The position numbers and the translations under genes were made by a program. A model generated the notes under the pieces. It saw nothing but the letters and a program-made list of their open reading frames with translations, searched no databases and was not told where the DNA came from. From assembly GCA_021803945.1 (NCBI GenBank), contig JAJZKW010000004.1:310-64309 (forward strand): DNA of 64,000 nt, in the 5' to 3' direction. Of this stretch, positions 36,008 through 45,050 are shown piece by piece. The stretch comes from Candidatus Micrarchaeota archaeon. Its GTDB lineage: Archaea > Micrarchaeota > Micrarchaeia > Micrarchaeales > CABMGC01. Each line of letters starts with the position of its first letter. The stretch's first letter is position 1.

Positions 36008-37060
36008 ATGCCACGCGGGAAGGGCTTCGGCTTAAGAAACATCGAGAGCATAAACGATAAAAAATCCTATAATACCGCAGTAAGGTCCGCAAGGAAGGCG
36101 GTCCTGATAATACTGCTCGTCAGCTTTGTCATATTCGCCTCTATAGCGGTGATAGCGGTATCGAAAGAAGGATTCGGCAACTTCGTATCCACATTCGAGT
36201 CGATAAACCTCGGCTACTACCTCCTAGCACTCTTGATAATATTTGGGAGCTATACTATGAGATACCCGAAGTGGTCGATGTACCTCAGGAGGCTAGGGGT
36301 GCGCATCCCTGCGCGCAAGAACTACGTTATCTACATGTCCATGTATTCGATGGATATGACTCCGGGCAGGTGGGGGAGGGCCATAGTGTCATACACCATA
36401 AACCAGCTTTCGGGAGTGAGGTTTGCTGTTACGTTCCCTGCGGTAGTCGCCGACATATTCACGGATTTCCTTGGGTTTGCTGTTATAACAGACGCGATGG
36501 CGCTGGTTGTCAACAGGTTCGTCTTTGTCTCTTTCTTTCTCACTTTCCTGCTCATGGTCCCGTTCTTCTTCGTATACATACAGCGGCCCTTCAATTATGT
36601 AAGGAGGTGGTTCTGGAAGTTCAGGAAGAAGTTCAACGTGCTGAGGAGACTGGACATAATATTCTATACTGCTACCCTTTATTTCCGGCATAACAGGAGG
36701 CTCGGCGGAGGCGTGTTTGCATACTCCATGATGCTCACCATCCCGAGCATGTTCCTGAATGGGATGGCGCTGTATGTTACCATGCTCGCGTTCGGAGTGC
36801 CTGTGAATTTCTCTTACATACCAACAGTCATCTTCATCTTCTCATCCTCTCTGGTGCTTGGGATGATAACAGGTATCCCGGGCACGCTCGGGGTTACAGA
36901 CGCGGCACTGATCAGCCAGCTCCAGTATTTCTATCCGTCCACCATAAGCTTTGGGCTTGCCGCTGCCATAACCATATTCTTCAGGGTGGCTAGCGTATGG
37001 TTTGTGCAAGGCTTCGGATTCGTGGCCTTCTTGTATACGCTGAAGTACTGGAAGGATTAG
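36008..37060 (+). CDS. UPF0104 / LPG-synthase-TM-like (flippase-like) membrane protein
   Basis: Eight or so TM with the N-terminal pattern ...YLLALLIIFGSYTMRYPKWSMYLRRLGVRIP... that I associate with UPF0104. Confidence 0.5.
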   Translation: MPRGKGFGLRNIESINDKKSYNTAVRSARKAVLIILLVSFVIFASIAVIAVSKEGFGNFVSTFESINLGYYLLALLIIFGSYTMRYPKWSMYLRRLGVRIPARKNYVIYMSMYSMDMTPGRWGRAIVSYTINQLSGVRFAVTFPAVVADIFTDFLGFAVITDAMALVVNRFVFVSFFLTFLLMVPFFFVYIQRPFNYVRRWFWKFRKKFNVLRRLDIIFYTATLYFRHNRRLGGGVFAYSMMLTIPSMFLNGMALYVTMLAFGVPVNFSYIPTVIFIFSSSLVLGMITGIPGTLGVTDAALISQLQYFYPSTISFGLAAAITIFFRVASVWFVQGFGFVAFLYTLKYWKD

Positions 37061-37821
37061 TCGTGCCTGGCTGAAGCTTCCTCCTCTGCGAAGTTCATCT
37101 CTGCTGGGACTATGAGAGAGATTGTCTTGCCTTCAAGCTCTCCCTCGTGGGAGAGGACCTCTGAGAATTTCGTGCGGAATACCCTCTGGCCTTCCCTTCC
37201 TATGTCCGCAAGCACGATCACCGTGTCCTCTTCCTTTATTGTCGTGCCGTCCTGCTTGCCCTGGGCAGCGGCAATTATCTTGATAGCCTCTGCTATGTCC
37301 ATCGGGCGCGCTCCGTCCTTGTCTATATCCAGGAGTAGCAGTGTGTGCTCGCCATTCTTCCTGTTCTTGGCTACGGTGTCTATGAATGATGTCGGCTTGT
37401 AGTGTTCGCTCCAGAACGGGACCGTGGCGCTTGGACCGAACTTGTATATGTCTAACCCGCTTTCCCCTATAGCTGCGGAGAAGATTGACGAAGAATGGAA
37501 CACCGCGGTCTTTATCCCCTGCCTCTTTGCCTCGTCTAGGATTATGTGGTGTGTGGTGGCTATCAGCGGATCTCCTATGACGAGTATTGCCATTGTCCTG
37601 CTGGCTGCGGCCCTGACTGTCTCCTTCAGGCCCTCCTCGAATGCGCTCCTAGGCTCTTTTTTAGGCTCCTTGCCTGTCTCTTTTATAATGAATTCGATGC
37701 TCTCCTTCCCAATCGTCGACGTGTAGCCGTCCATGACCACTATGTCGGCAGACCTGATGAACTCTATTGATTTTACTGAGACGTCCCTTTCCCCGAGGCC
37801 GATTCCTATTAGGGCTATCAT
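37057..37821 (-). CDS. dph5: Diphthine synthase
   Basis: MIALIGIGLGERDVSVKSIEFIRSADIVVMDGYTS...VIGDPLIATTH is the tetrapyrrole-methylase fold typical of Dph5. Confidence 0.85.
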   Translation of the reverse strand: MIALIGIGLGERDVSVKSIEFIRSADIVVMDGYTSTIGKESIEFIIKETGKEPKKEPRSAFEEGLKETVRAAASRTMAILVIGDPLIATTHHIILDEAKRQGIKTAVFHSSSIFSAAIGESGLDIYKFGPSATVPFWSEHYKPTSFIDTVAKNRKNGEHTLLLLDIDKDGARPMDIAEAIKIIAAAQGKQDGTTIKEEDTVIVLADIGREGQRVFRTKFSEVLSHEGELEGKTISLIVPAEMNFAEEEASARHD

Positions 37822-37835
37822 GCAGATCCGCAGCG

Positions 37836-38786
37836 CTAGTCCTTTATCCCGTCAGGGGTTATCTTGATGACGGCCTCTCCCTCAGGCATGTTCGGCGAAT
37901 CCACAAGCCTGACTATCCTCTTGTCCTCCTTGCTCTTCCTCATGTAAAGCCTCGTCGTCGCTGCGTGGGCCACTATGTTGCCGCCTACCGGCGTTGTTGG
38001 GTCACCGAAGAGTATTGCGGGGTTGTCCATTACCTGGTTTGTTATGTATATGGCGAGGTCATATGTGTCTGCAAGCTTCTGGAGCTTGTGTATGTGGCTG
38101 TTCAGCTTCTGCTGTCTCTCCCCGAGAGCGCCACGCCCAAGGAACTCGGACCTGAACAGAGCCATGAGCGAGTCCACAACCACGAGCTTTATGTTGTTCT
38201 CCTTGATCAGCTTGTCGGCCCTCTCTACTGCGAGGATCTGCTGGTCTGTTGTGGTTGCCCTTACGACGAAGATGTTATCCAGCACTTCCTTCGGGTCGGC
38301 TTCCGAGGCCTTGGCTATCTGCTCAATCCTGTCAGGCCTGAATGTGCCTTCTGTGTCTATGAATAGGACCTTGCCTGAAAGACCGCCCTTCTCAAGCGGC
38401 CTCTGCACGTTCACTGAGAGCTGGAAGCCAAGCTGCGTCTTTCCTGCCGCGAATTTGCCGTAGGCCTCTGTTATCGCATTCGCCTCAACGCCTCCGCCGA
38501 GCATCTCGTCAAGGCTCTTTGCGCCTGTCTTTATCACACCGAGCGACTTCCTTTTGTCGTATACCTGGTTACCGGTCGAATATGAAAGGGTAGTAGCCTG
38601 CTTTGCTGCGTCTACGGCCTGCTTTGCTGCGTCTAGCTTCATCCCGGTAAGCTCTGCGAGCTCGTGGGGCGATGCAGTGGCTATCTTTTCCACATCGTCG
38701 TAGCCCAGCTGCTTGAGCTTTGCCGCTATTGTAGGCCCAACTCCTGGAAGATCTTCGAGCTCCTTGATGCCTTTTTCCTTTGCCAT
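37836..38786 (-). CDS. radA: DNA repair and recombination protein RadA
   Basis: N-terminal HhH LEDLPGVGPTIAAKLKQLGY, Walker A AYGKFAAGKTQ and Walker B KLVVVDSLMALFR. Confidence 0.95.
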   Translation of the reverse strand: MAKEKGIKELEDLPGVGPTIAAKLKQLGYDDVEKIATASPHELAELTGMKLDAAKQAVDAAKQATTLSYSTGNQVYDKRKSLGVIKTGAKSLDEMLGGGVEANAITEAYGKFAAGKTQLGFQLSVNVQRPLEKGGLSGKVLFIDTEGTFRPDRIEQIAKASEADPKEVLDNIFVVRATTTDQQILAVERADKLIKENNIKLVVVDSLMALFRSEFLGRGALGERQQKLNSHIHKLQKLADTYDLAIYITNQVMDNPAILFGDPTTPVGGNIVAHAATTRLYMRKSKEDKRIVRLVDSPNMPEGEAVIKITPDGIKD

Positions 38787-39035
38787 GTTATTACCGCTGT
38801 TTCAATAAGAAGAATAGCTCTTGATATTACTCAGGGAAAGATTATAAACGTCTTGTTCCTGCCCTGAAATCCGCATTTTTGGGCTCGCTGCAACGGCTCG
38901 GGGGAGGCTTGGTGCAAAACAGGAAGAGGCCAGCAACACACATAAATGCGTGTGCTGGCAAGGCGACCAGTTATACTCTTCCATGATAGAGAACTCGTAA
39001 GGATTATATTAAATTCTGCATTTAAAAACCTTCCT

Positions 39036-39048
39036 GAATAGTGGAACT
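39036..39048. repeat. Second exact copy of the 13-mer GAATAGTGGAACT
   Basis: Identical to 45020-45032 on the same strand. It lies in the 334-nt radA/DUF92 divergent spacer. A TTCCA-N6-TGGAA dyad follows at 39060-39075. Confidence 0.6.
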
Positions 39049-39120
39049 ATCTGCCCAAATTCCATCGGTTTGGAACGGTTTGGCCTGCTTTTTAATAATT
39101 TGCCTTTGTAAATAACCATC

Positions 39121-39795
39121 ATGGCTTCTGTGTTTACATTGGATCTGAGCGGGACCCTGCTTGCTGTGCTGTTTGGCCTTATTACCTTCTACTTCGGCCT
39201 TCAGCTATGGTGGTTCTTCATGGCCGTCCTTATAGACTTCCTAGTGCTGTCGGCCATAGCCACACAGGCAAAGGAGGAGGAAAAGAGGAAGATTAGGGGG
39301 TATGAAAAGGTCAGGAGCTGGAAAAATGTCGTTGCGAACGGCACTGTTCCTGTAGCTCTTGTCGTAATATACTTTGTTTCGGTCAGCTATGCCGGGATTT
39401 CGACGGCTGGCAGCCAGATAATAATATACGCCTTTGTTGCCAGCCTGGCTGCTGTAACTGCGGACAAGTTCGCCAGTGAATTCGGGGTTCTATACAACAA
39501 CCCGAAGGATATCGTTACGCAGACCAGGGTTAGGAGAGGGACGTCCGGAGGAATCACCTGGATGGGTACGCTGATGGGGCTTATAGGGGCTGTGCTCATA
39601 GGGCTTACGGCCCTGTCCATAGGTGCATCGCTGATGGTCTTTGATGTGATCGTAATTGCCGGTGTTGTCGGAAACGCCGTAGACTCTGTCCTAGGTCATT
39701 TTGAGGAGAGAGGGATAGGCAACAAGTACACCTCGAACCTCGTTTGTGCGGTGGCTGGAGCTGCTTTGTGCGCTTTGGTGCTCCTGGCAATCTAG
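39121..39795 (+). CDS. DUF92/TMEM19-family integral membrane protein
   Basis: Polytopic, with AAVTADKFASEFGVL and VGNAVDSVLG motifs as in DUF92 (TIGR00297-like). Confidence 0.55.
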   Translation: MASVFTLDLSGTLLAVLFGLITFYFGLQLWWFFMAVLIDFLVLSAIATQAKEEEKRKIRGYEKVRSWKNVVANGTVPVALVVIYFVSVSYAGISTAGSQIIIYAFVASLAAVTADKFASEFGVLYNNPKDIVTQTRVRRGTSGGITWMGTLMGLIGAVLIGLTALSIGASLMVFDVIVIAGVVGNAVDSVLGHFEERGIGNKYTSNLVCAVAGAALCALVLLAI

Positions 39796-40713
39796 TCAGT
39801 CAACAGGAGAGAGCCAGCCCCTGTATTTCTTGTCCTCTCCTCTAACGATTTTTGAATATCTTTCTCCCAGCGCCTTTGCTATCTGCCCTGGTTTTCCGTT
39901 CCCTACAGCCCTGGAGTCAACTGATATGATGGGAGTTATCTCTGCTGCTGTTCCGCAGAAGAAGGCCTCGTCGCTGACATAGAGTTCCTCCCTCCTTATC
40001 TCCCTCTCTGCCACTTCAAGGCCCATGTCTCCTGCTATCTTTATGATCGTGTCCCTTGTTATGCCGACCAGTATGTCAGACTGTTTGGGAGGGGTTATCA
40101 GGATGCCGTCCTGGACTATGAAGATGTTCTCTCCCGGCCCTTCGGCGACCTTCCCGAAGCTTGACATGAGGATGGCTTCGTCGTATCCGGAGTCGTTTGC
40201 CTCGATCGAGGCAATTATCGAATTCAGGTAGTTGCCGCTTGCCTTCGCGCCGACAGGGAGCGTCGAGGAGTTTATCCTCAGCCACGACGACACCTTGCAC
40301 CTTATCCCCTTGCTCACGCCTGCATGCCCGAACAGGTTTCCGAATGGGATTGCCGCTATGGCTACGCTTGTCGACTTTCCCTTGGTGTTGAAGCCTATGC
40401 CTATGTCCTTGTAGAACATGAACGGCCTTATGTAGGCTTCTTCCAGCCCGTTCTTCTTTATCGTTGATATTATCCCGTCCCTGAGCTCTTCGGCGCTGAA
40501 TTTCGCCGGCATCCTGTATATCTTCGCGCTGTTGAGGAACCGCCTTATGTGGTCCCCGAGCCTGAATATGGCAGGCCCTGCCGCAGTCTTGTAGCACCTT
40601 ATGCCTTCGAACATCCCGCTTCCGTACTGGAGGGAATGCGTGAGCACGTGCACTTTGGCATCCTCGAATTTCACCATCTTCCCGTCGAGCCATATGAATT
40701 GCTGTTTCTGCAT
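39796..40713 (-). CDS. ilvE: Branched-chain amino acid aminotransferase
   Basis: Class IV fold motifs: SLQYGSGMFEGIRCY, KASGNYLNS, EGPGENIFIV and LVGITRD. Confidence 0.85.
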   Translation of the reverse strand: MQKQQFIWLDGKMVKFEDAKVHVLTHSLQYGSGMFEGIRCYKTAAGPAIFRLGDHIRRFLNSAKIYRMPAKFSAEELRDGIISTIKKNGLEEAYIRPFMFYKDIGIGFNTKGKSTSVAIAAIPFGNLFGHAGVSKGIRCKVSSWLRINSSTLPVGAKASGNYLNSIIASIEANDSGYDEAILMSSFGKVAEGPGENIFIVQDGILITPPKQSDILVGITRDTIIKIAGDMGLEVAEREIRREELYVSDEAFFCGTAAEITPIISVDSRAVGNGKPGQIAKALGERYSKIVRGEDKKYRGWLSPVD

Positions 40714-40771
40714 CCTGTCATCCGGAGATATTTGGCATGAAAACTATATAACCATAGCTGGGGAGTGTGGA

Positions 40772-40844
40772 TGCGCCAGCCGGGATTTGAACCCGGGCTA
40801 TGGCCTTGGGAAGGCCAAGTCCTACCAGGCTAGACTACTGGCGC
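40772..40844 (-). tRNA. tRNA-Gly (anticodon CCC)
   Basis: Reverse complement GCGCCAGTAGTCTAGCCTGGTAGGACTTGGCCTTCCCAAGGCCATAGCCCGGGTTCAAATCCCGGCTGGCGCA, with anticodon stem TGGCC/GGCCA and loop TTCCCAA. Confidence 0.9.
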
Positions 40845-40897
40845 ACGGTTTTATTCGGGCAGTTCAACTTAATATATTTTCCTTGAGCTAGACTATC

Positions 40898-42640
40898 ATG
40901 AGACTTGGCAGCGTTGCGGCGTTCCTTGTCCTGTTTGGCGTGATACATGCCTACCAGACTCTCGGTGCTGGATATTTCTTCTATTACAACGTGAGCGTTG
41001 CGAACGGGTCTTCAATATTCGTCGGGCTGGACACCAACACCAGTGTGAGCCTGGTTGTGATCAAGAGCTCTGAATTCTGGGCCTGGGAGCATTATTCGAA
41101 TGTTGCGGAGATCTATAATTCTAGCGTAGGCTCTGGAATCTACAGGATTGGCGTTCCGCCGGGCAGATATACAGTATTGGTATCGGCAACCTCGGCTGCC
41201 AGGCTTTCTGGCGGAGTGATAGCTGCAGCCGACAATGAGGCCTCGGTGGTTAGTTTCAGGGGAAGCCATGCATACAACCTCACGCTTGACAACAACAGCG
41301 CCGTGAACGTGACAGTGCTGACTGATAGCAATTTCCAGGCATACCCGATGCGGCTGCGGCTGCTTTATTACAACAGCCTGATAAATTCTGACTCGAACCT
41401 GGAATTCCTAAATTTTACCCTGAGCAGGGGGAGTTACCAGATAATATTGGACTCTCCGGTGCAGGTAGAGGCGCTTGTCTTGACCAGGTCAGAGCCAAGG
41501 CTAGTAAACCCCATAGCCAGCCTGTCAGGGCCTGTGTCTGTAGGTGTGGCAAGCTATGGAATTTATAATAGGTCCGGCACGCTTATACCTTACCAGATTT
41601 CGGCTGCCGGTGTTGTCGGGACTGCAAACATAACCCAGATAAGCGCAGAGGGTCTGAACGCTTCGGGCAACAACTCTGCTGCGGGTGCGAGCCTGCAGCT
41701 AAACGCTATGCTCAATACAGAGTATGGAAGCCGGAAGGCGGTCTTTTGGATCCAGGATGTGGTGGATTTCAATACTGATCCGGGCAACAGGACCGTGTAT
41801 TTTGTAAGCAACATATGGAACAATACCTTGCCTTCTGCGGGCCTGTCCGGCTCTACGCTGAAGGGATCCGGAGGCATAAACACATGCTATTCGTGCAGCA
41901 GCAAGAGTTTTTATGCGTATTCGTATCCATACGGCCAGCTCGGATATGCTTTGCCTTTCAACGTGAAGCTCGTCATGCTCGAGAACCAGACCCAGAACGG
42001 CACTGTGATCTCTTTTGGGTACCAGGTACTGCAGAACGGCACCGGAGGCATGCAGCCGGTTGTGTTTTTTGACAAAGTCCTGTTGCCTGGCAGCCATAAT
42101 TCCACGTTTTTGGTGACTCCATACTATACAACACCTCCTGGGACAAACAACAGCGGGAACTTTTATGACACCGAGCTTGTGTTCGGGGGAGAGTCTGGGG
42201 GCGCGGAGTCGGTCTTCAGCAGGCTTAGCGCCGTCCTGTGGATCTACTACTACAATTCAAGCAGGGAGCTAACTCCCTTCCCGTCTTCTTGGACCTTCGG
42301 TCTGGATACAAAGGAATCTGCAGGGAACCTCAGGGTACTGCCGTATGGGAACGGGGAGGGGGCCTTTGTCACAACCGGGGCGCTCAACCACAAGGAACAG
42401 ATACGTGTGGGGTCGGCCATAGACACTTACACAGCGTTCGTATCCAATGCGTCAAAGTACATTGCTCCGGTAGCCAACCGGAGCGTAGGGGGCAATAGCA
42501 GCTCTGCGGGACAGCAGCTGTCAGCCCCATCCGTGCCAATAAATATTGGCTTGTTTTTATCGTCGATTAGACCATATGCCTTGGATTTGGTTGTGCTGGC
42601 TGCCGCCTTGGCTGCCCTCTTGGCCCTCAGGAGAAGGTAA
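40898..42640 (+). CDS. Thermopsin-like (peptidase A5) secreted acid protease with a C-terminal membrane anchor, heavily sequon-rich
   Basis: Sec signal MRLGSVAAFLVLFGVIHA. PVSVGVASYGIY, ASLQLNAML and VFWIQDVVDF resemble thermopsin family blocks. There are more than 25 NxS/T sequons and a C-terminal TM ALDLVVLAAALAALLALRRR. Confidence 0.6.
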   Translation: MRLGSVAAFLVLFGVIHAYQTLGAGYFFYYNVSVANGSSIFVGLDTNTSVSLVVIKSSEFWAWEHYSNVAEIYNSSVGSGIYRIGVPPGRYTVLVSATSAARLSGGVIAAADNEASVVSFRGSHAYNLTLDNNSAVNVTVLTDSNFQAYPMRLRLLYYNSLINSDSNLEFLNFTLSRGSYQIILDSPVQVEALVLTRSEPRLVNPIASLSGPVSVGVASYGIYNRSGTLIPYQISAAGVVGTANITQISAEGLNASGNNSAAGASLQLNAMLNTEYGSRKAVFWIQDVVDFNTDPGNRTVYFVSNIWNNTLPSAGLSGSTLKGSGGINTCYSCSSKSFYAYSYPYGQLGYALPFNVKLVMLENQTQNGTVISFGYQVLQNGTGGMQPVVFFDKVLLPGSHNSTFLVTPYYTTPPGTNNSGNFYDTELVFGGESGGAESVFSRLSAVLWIYYYNSSRELTPFPSSWTFGLDTKESAGNLRVLPYGNGEGAFVTTGALNHKEQIRVGSAIDTYTAFVSNASKYIAPVANRSVGGNSSSAGQQLSAPSVPINIGLFLSSIRPYALDLVVLAAALAALLALRRR

Positions 42641-43399
42641 TTATCTTATATATGGGAAATTTTCCTTGCGTGTGGGGCCTTCCTGCACGCTCTTCTGTGC
42701 CTCTTCGAGCTCTTTTATCATCCTGTCTGTTTCGTTCTTTATCTTATCTATGTTCTCAAGATTTATCTTCACTCCTAGTATGCTCTTTATGACTTCCAGG
42801 ACCGCCCTTGCCGCGTTTGCGTCTATCTCCAGCACGCTTGTCTCGCCCATTATGCATGCTCCGTGGATCCTGTTCTTCTTCGCGAATGACACAATGAGGC
42901 CTGCGGAACCCCATATCGCCCCGTTTGCCAGGCCGAACAGGATGCCTTTCTTCGAGAGCGCGTTTTTTGTATATTTGTCTGTTGCGACTCCGAATACTCT
43001 TGGGTTCTGTATGTAGTGGCTGCCTGCGCTGTACCCGCCTATTGTGTATATTGTCTTTCCTCCAAGATGCTTGAAGAACCGCACTATCTCTTCGTTAACT
43101 TCGTATTGCCCCTCTGGTGTTCCGGCCTGTGTGTCGCCCAACAGTATTATCAGCGTGTTTGCCTTCAGTTCTTTGTAGTAGAATCTGTTGCTTATCAGGC
43201 GTGTATATCCGCTTTTGAGCATGAGCGTCTGGTGTATGAAGTGTGGTGAATAAAGCGATGCGAATCTCTTTGCGCCGAGCTCGTTCTTCAAGTATTCCCC
43301 GACAAGGCTGCCCACGCTACCTATGCCTGGAAGGCCAACTATCATTATCGGGTCCTTGAATTTTATTTTCCTTTTATAATATATTTTTGTGTTTTTCAT
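42641..43399 (-). CDS. PAC2-family proteasome assembly chaperone-like protein
   Basis: DPIMIVGLPGIGSVGSLVGEYL...SPHF... is the typical archaeal PAC2 (COG1938) N-terminus. Its position downstream of aIF2alpha matches the conserved gene order. Confidence 0.65.
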   Translation of the reverse strand: MKNTKIYYKRKIKFKDPIMIVGLPGIGSVGSLVGEYLKNELGAKRFASLYSPHFIHQTLMLKSGYTRLISNRFYYKELKANTLIILLGDTQAGTPEGQYEVNEEIVRFFKHLGGKTIYTIGGYSAGSHYIQNPRVFGVATDKYTKNALSKKGILFGLANGAIWGSAGLIVSFAKKNRIHGACIMGETSVLEIDANAARAVLEVIKSILGVKINLENIDKIKNETDRMIKELEEAQKSVQEGPTRKENFPYIR

Positions 43400-44157
43400 A
43401 CCTGCACTTTTATGCTCTTCATATTGAATTCTATGGTTTTGTACTTTTCTAGTATGTCCTGGGCATGTTTTATCTTGTCTTCGGCTTCGGGATAGCTTGA
43501 GTCTGTTGCAAGGAACCTGTATTTCGGCGCGCCCATGTAAAGCACTTCCACTCCCTCCTTCTCTATGCTGCTGAGTGCTTCTTTAATCAGGTTTATCCCG
43601 GCTTTTGTGTCTGTCGTCGTCAGGTCAACGTTGTACGAAACGGTGTATGTTTTGGGTTTTATGGTCTTCGCGACGAGCTCGTATAGTGCGTCTTTGAAGC
43701 TTTTTTCCTTTATTCCGGCCAGGGGGTCCTTTCCATCTGATATGCTGTTTATGATTTCGTTGTATGTTGTTGCAAGTCTTGATAATTCTTCTACTATGGC
43801 CTGTTTCTTGTCTTCGTTTTTGGAGGAGGCCAGGGCTTTGTTGAACATGCCCTCTGCGCGCTTCTCGAGGCCGAACTCGTTGATCTTGTCCTTTTTAGCC
43901 TTGCTTGTGACCTTCTTTAAAGATATGTCTACGGATCTCTTCTCCTTGTCTGTAAATATTACCTTGGCTACGTCCTGCTGGCCCTCTTTGATGAATTCGT
44001 GTATGTTCTTTATCCAGCCGGACGACACTTCCGATATCGGCAGATATGAGTCTATGTTGTATTCTGTTATCCTGCAGTACGCGCCGTGCGGCATTATCTT
44101 GCTTATCTTTATGATTACGAATTCCCCAACGTCAGGAAGCTCTTTTGTCTTTATCAA
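43396..44157 (-). CDS. eif2a: Translation initiation factor aIF2 alpha subunit
   Basis: N-terminal S1 domain LPDVGEFVIIKISKIMPHGAYCRITEYN..SYLPISEVSSGWIKNI, followed by a helical domain and an alpha-beta domain. Confidence 0.85.
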   Translation of the reverse strand: MIKTKELPDVGEFVIIKISKIMPHGAYCRITEYNIDSYLPISEVSSGWIKNIHEFIKEGQQDVAKVIFTDKEKRSVDISLKKVTSKAKKDKINEFGLEKRAEGMFNKALASSKNEDKKQAIVEELSRLATTYNEIINSISDGKDPLAGIKEKSFKDALYELVAKTIKPKTYTVSYNVDLTTTDTKAGINLIKEALSSIEKEGVEVLYMGAPKYRFLATDSSYPEAEDKIKHAQDILEKYKTIEFNMKSIKVQV

Positions 44158-44161
44158 ACAC

Positions 44162-44452
44162 TTACCTTCCTATCTCTATTTTCTTTTTTGTGCGCATGCC
44201 CAGGACTTTCTCACTTATCTTCTTGCATTCTTGGCATTCTATCATCACTTTCTGCTTCTTTCCGAGTTTTTTGGGGTGGATCTTTGGTTCTACGCTGCCT
44301 ACATATCCTTTTATCGCCCTGTTGTGTCTTCTTGTTCCAAGGCTTTGGCCTCTTTGCGCTTTTTTGTTGTACGCCCTGGCGATGTGCTTTGTGTGCTTGT
44401 TGCAGTACCTGCAGAAGTTCATGTTCTCTCTTGGTATTTTCATATATATCAA
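44162..44452 (-). CDS. rpl44e: 50S ribosomal protein L44e
   Basis: MKIPRENMNFCRYCNKHTKH...GYVGSVEPKIHPKKLGKKQKVMIECQECKK is a Zn-ribbon L44e. The true start may be Met4 (44443). Confidence 0.85.
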   Translation of the reverse strand: MIYMKIPRENMNFCRYCNKHTKHIARAYNKKAQRGQSLGTRRHNRAIKGYVGSVEPKIHPKKLGKKQKVMIECQECKKISEKVLGMRTKKKIEIGR

Positions 44453-44453
44453 C

Positions 44454-44924
44454 TCAGTCTGTTGTTTCCCCTATCTTGTTTTCAACAATAAATTTTGTGT
44501 CTGTGTGGTCGTAGACGTAAACTATCTCGTTTTGCTCGTATGGGCCCACCTTGCTTCCCGATGGCGTTACTATCTGTGGTATGGTTTTGGTTATCTTCAC
44601 TTTTGTTGGCTTGCTTCCTTCGTTGTTGTTTATTATATTTTTTATCTGTATATATAAATCTTCTTCTTCTGATGGGACTGGCCTGGGGAGGTCTTTGTTG
44701 TATGCCAGGTAGACCAGTATCTTCTGGGTCCTCTTTTCTTTTATTGAAGATATTGTCTTGCTTATGTTTTTGTATTCGTCTGTGTCCTTTTCGTATGATC
44801 CGAGCTTTTCGTTTGTTTTCGAATAAAAGTCCTTTGGGAGAGTTATTACTTCTCCGCTTTTCCTCTCGTTCCTAAGCAATGTTAACAGCCCGTTTATGGT
44901 TATTTCAACGTCCATCCGTGACAC
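44454..44924 (-). CDS. GINS subunit (Gins51-like)
   Basis: The A-domain-like N-terminus LLTLLRNERKSGEVITLPKDFYSK...KRTQKILVYLA and the small B-domain-like C-terminus VKITKTIPQIVTPSGSKVGPYEQNEIVYV...FIVENKIGE resemble archaeal Gins51. The start is GTG 44924 or ATG 44915. Confidence 0.5.
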   Translation of the reverse strand: MSRMDVEITINGLLTLLRNERKSGEVITLPKDFYSKTNEKLGSYEKDTDEYKNISKTISSIKEKRTQKILVYLAYNKDLPRPVPSEEEDLYIQIKNIINNNEGSKPTKVKITKTIPQIVTPSGSKVGPYEQNEIVYVYDHTDTKFIVENKIGETTD

Positions 44925-44930
44925 CAGGGT

Positions 44931-44944
44931 ACAGTTCCAGTATT
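44931..44944. repeat. Left arm of 14-nt inverted repeat ACAGTTCCAGTATT
   Basis: Its reverse complement AATACTGGAACTGT matches 45021-45034 at 13 of 14 positions. It lies 7-16 nt upstream of the GINS start. Confidence 0.7.
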
Positions 44945-45020
44945 ATTTGACTCTTTCAGACTGCATATTGGATAATATGATTAAATATATACTATACTAT
45001 AATATAACAAGAGATGCACG
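44945..45020. other. AT-rich spacer between the inverted-repeat arms (candidate duplex-unwinding element)
   Basis: The core 44965-45010 (atattggataatatgattaaatatatactatactataatataacaa) has 6 G/C in 46 nt by hand count. It contains tandem ATACT. Confidence 0.4.
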
Positions 45021-45034
45021 AATAGTGGAACTGT
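45020..45034. repeat. Right arm of inverted repeat, GAATAGTGGAACTGT
   Basis: 13 of 14 complementary to 44931-44944. The 13-mer GAATAGTGGAACT is repeated exactly at 39036-39048. It is followed by GGGG. Confidence 0.7.
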
Positions 45035-45050
45035 GGGGCCTATGGTAGAA

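Noticed and set aside
43565-44875. Plus-strand ORFs of 308, 142, 170 and 126 aa, antisense to aIF2alpha, L44e and GINS.
   Set aside because: They are shadow ORFs on the T/G/C-rich antisense strand of well-supported genes, with a Leu/Phe/Ser/Cys-dominated composition.
44961-45000. Resemblance of ATTGGATAATATGATTAAATATATAC to my recollection of archaeal dif (XerA) sites.
   Set aside because: I cannot verify the consensus from memory, and the putative 11-nt arms are only 6/11 complementary. It is kept only as an alternative inside the main finding.
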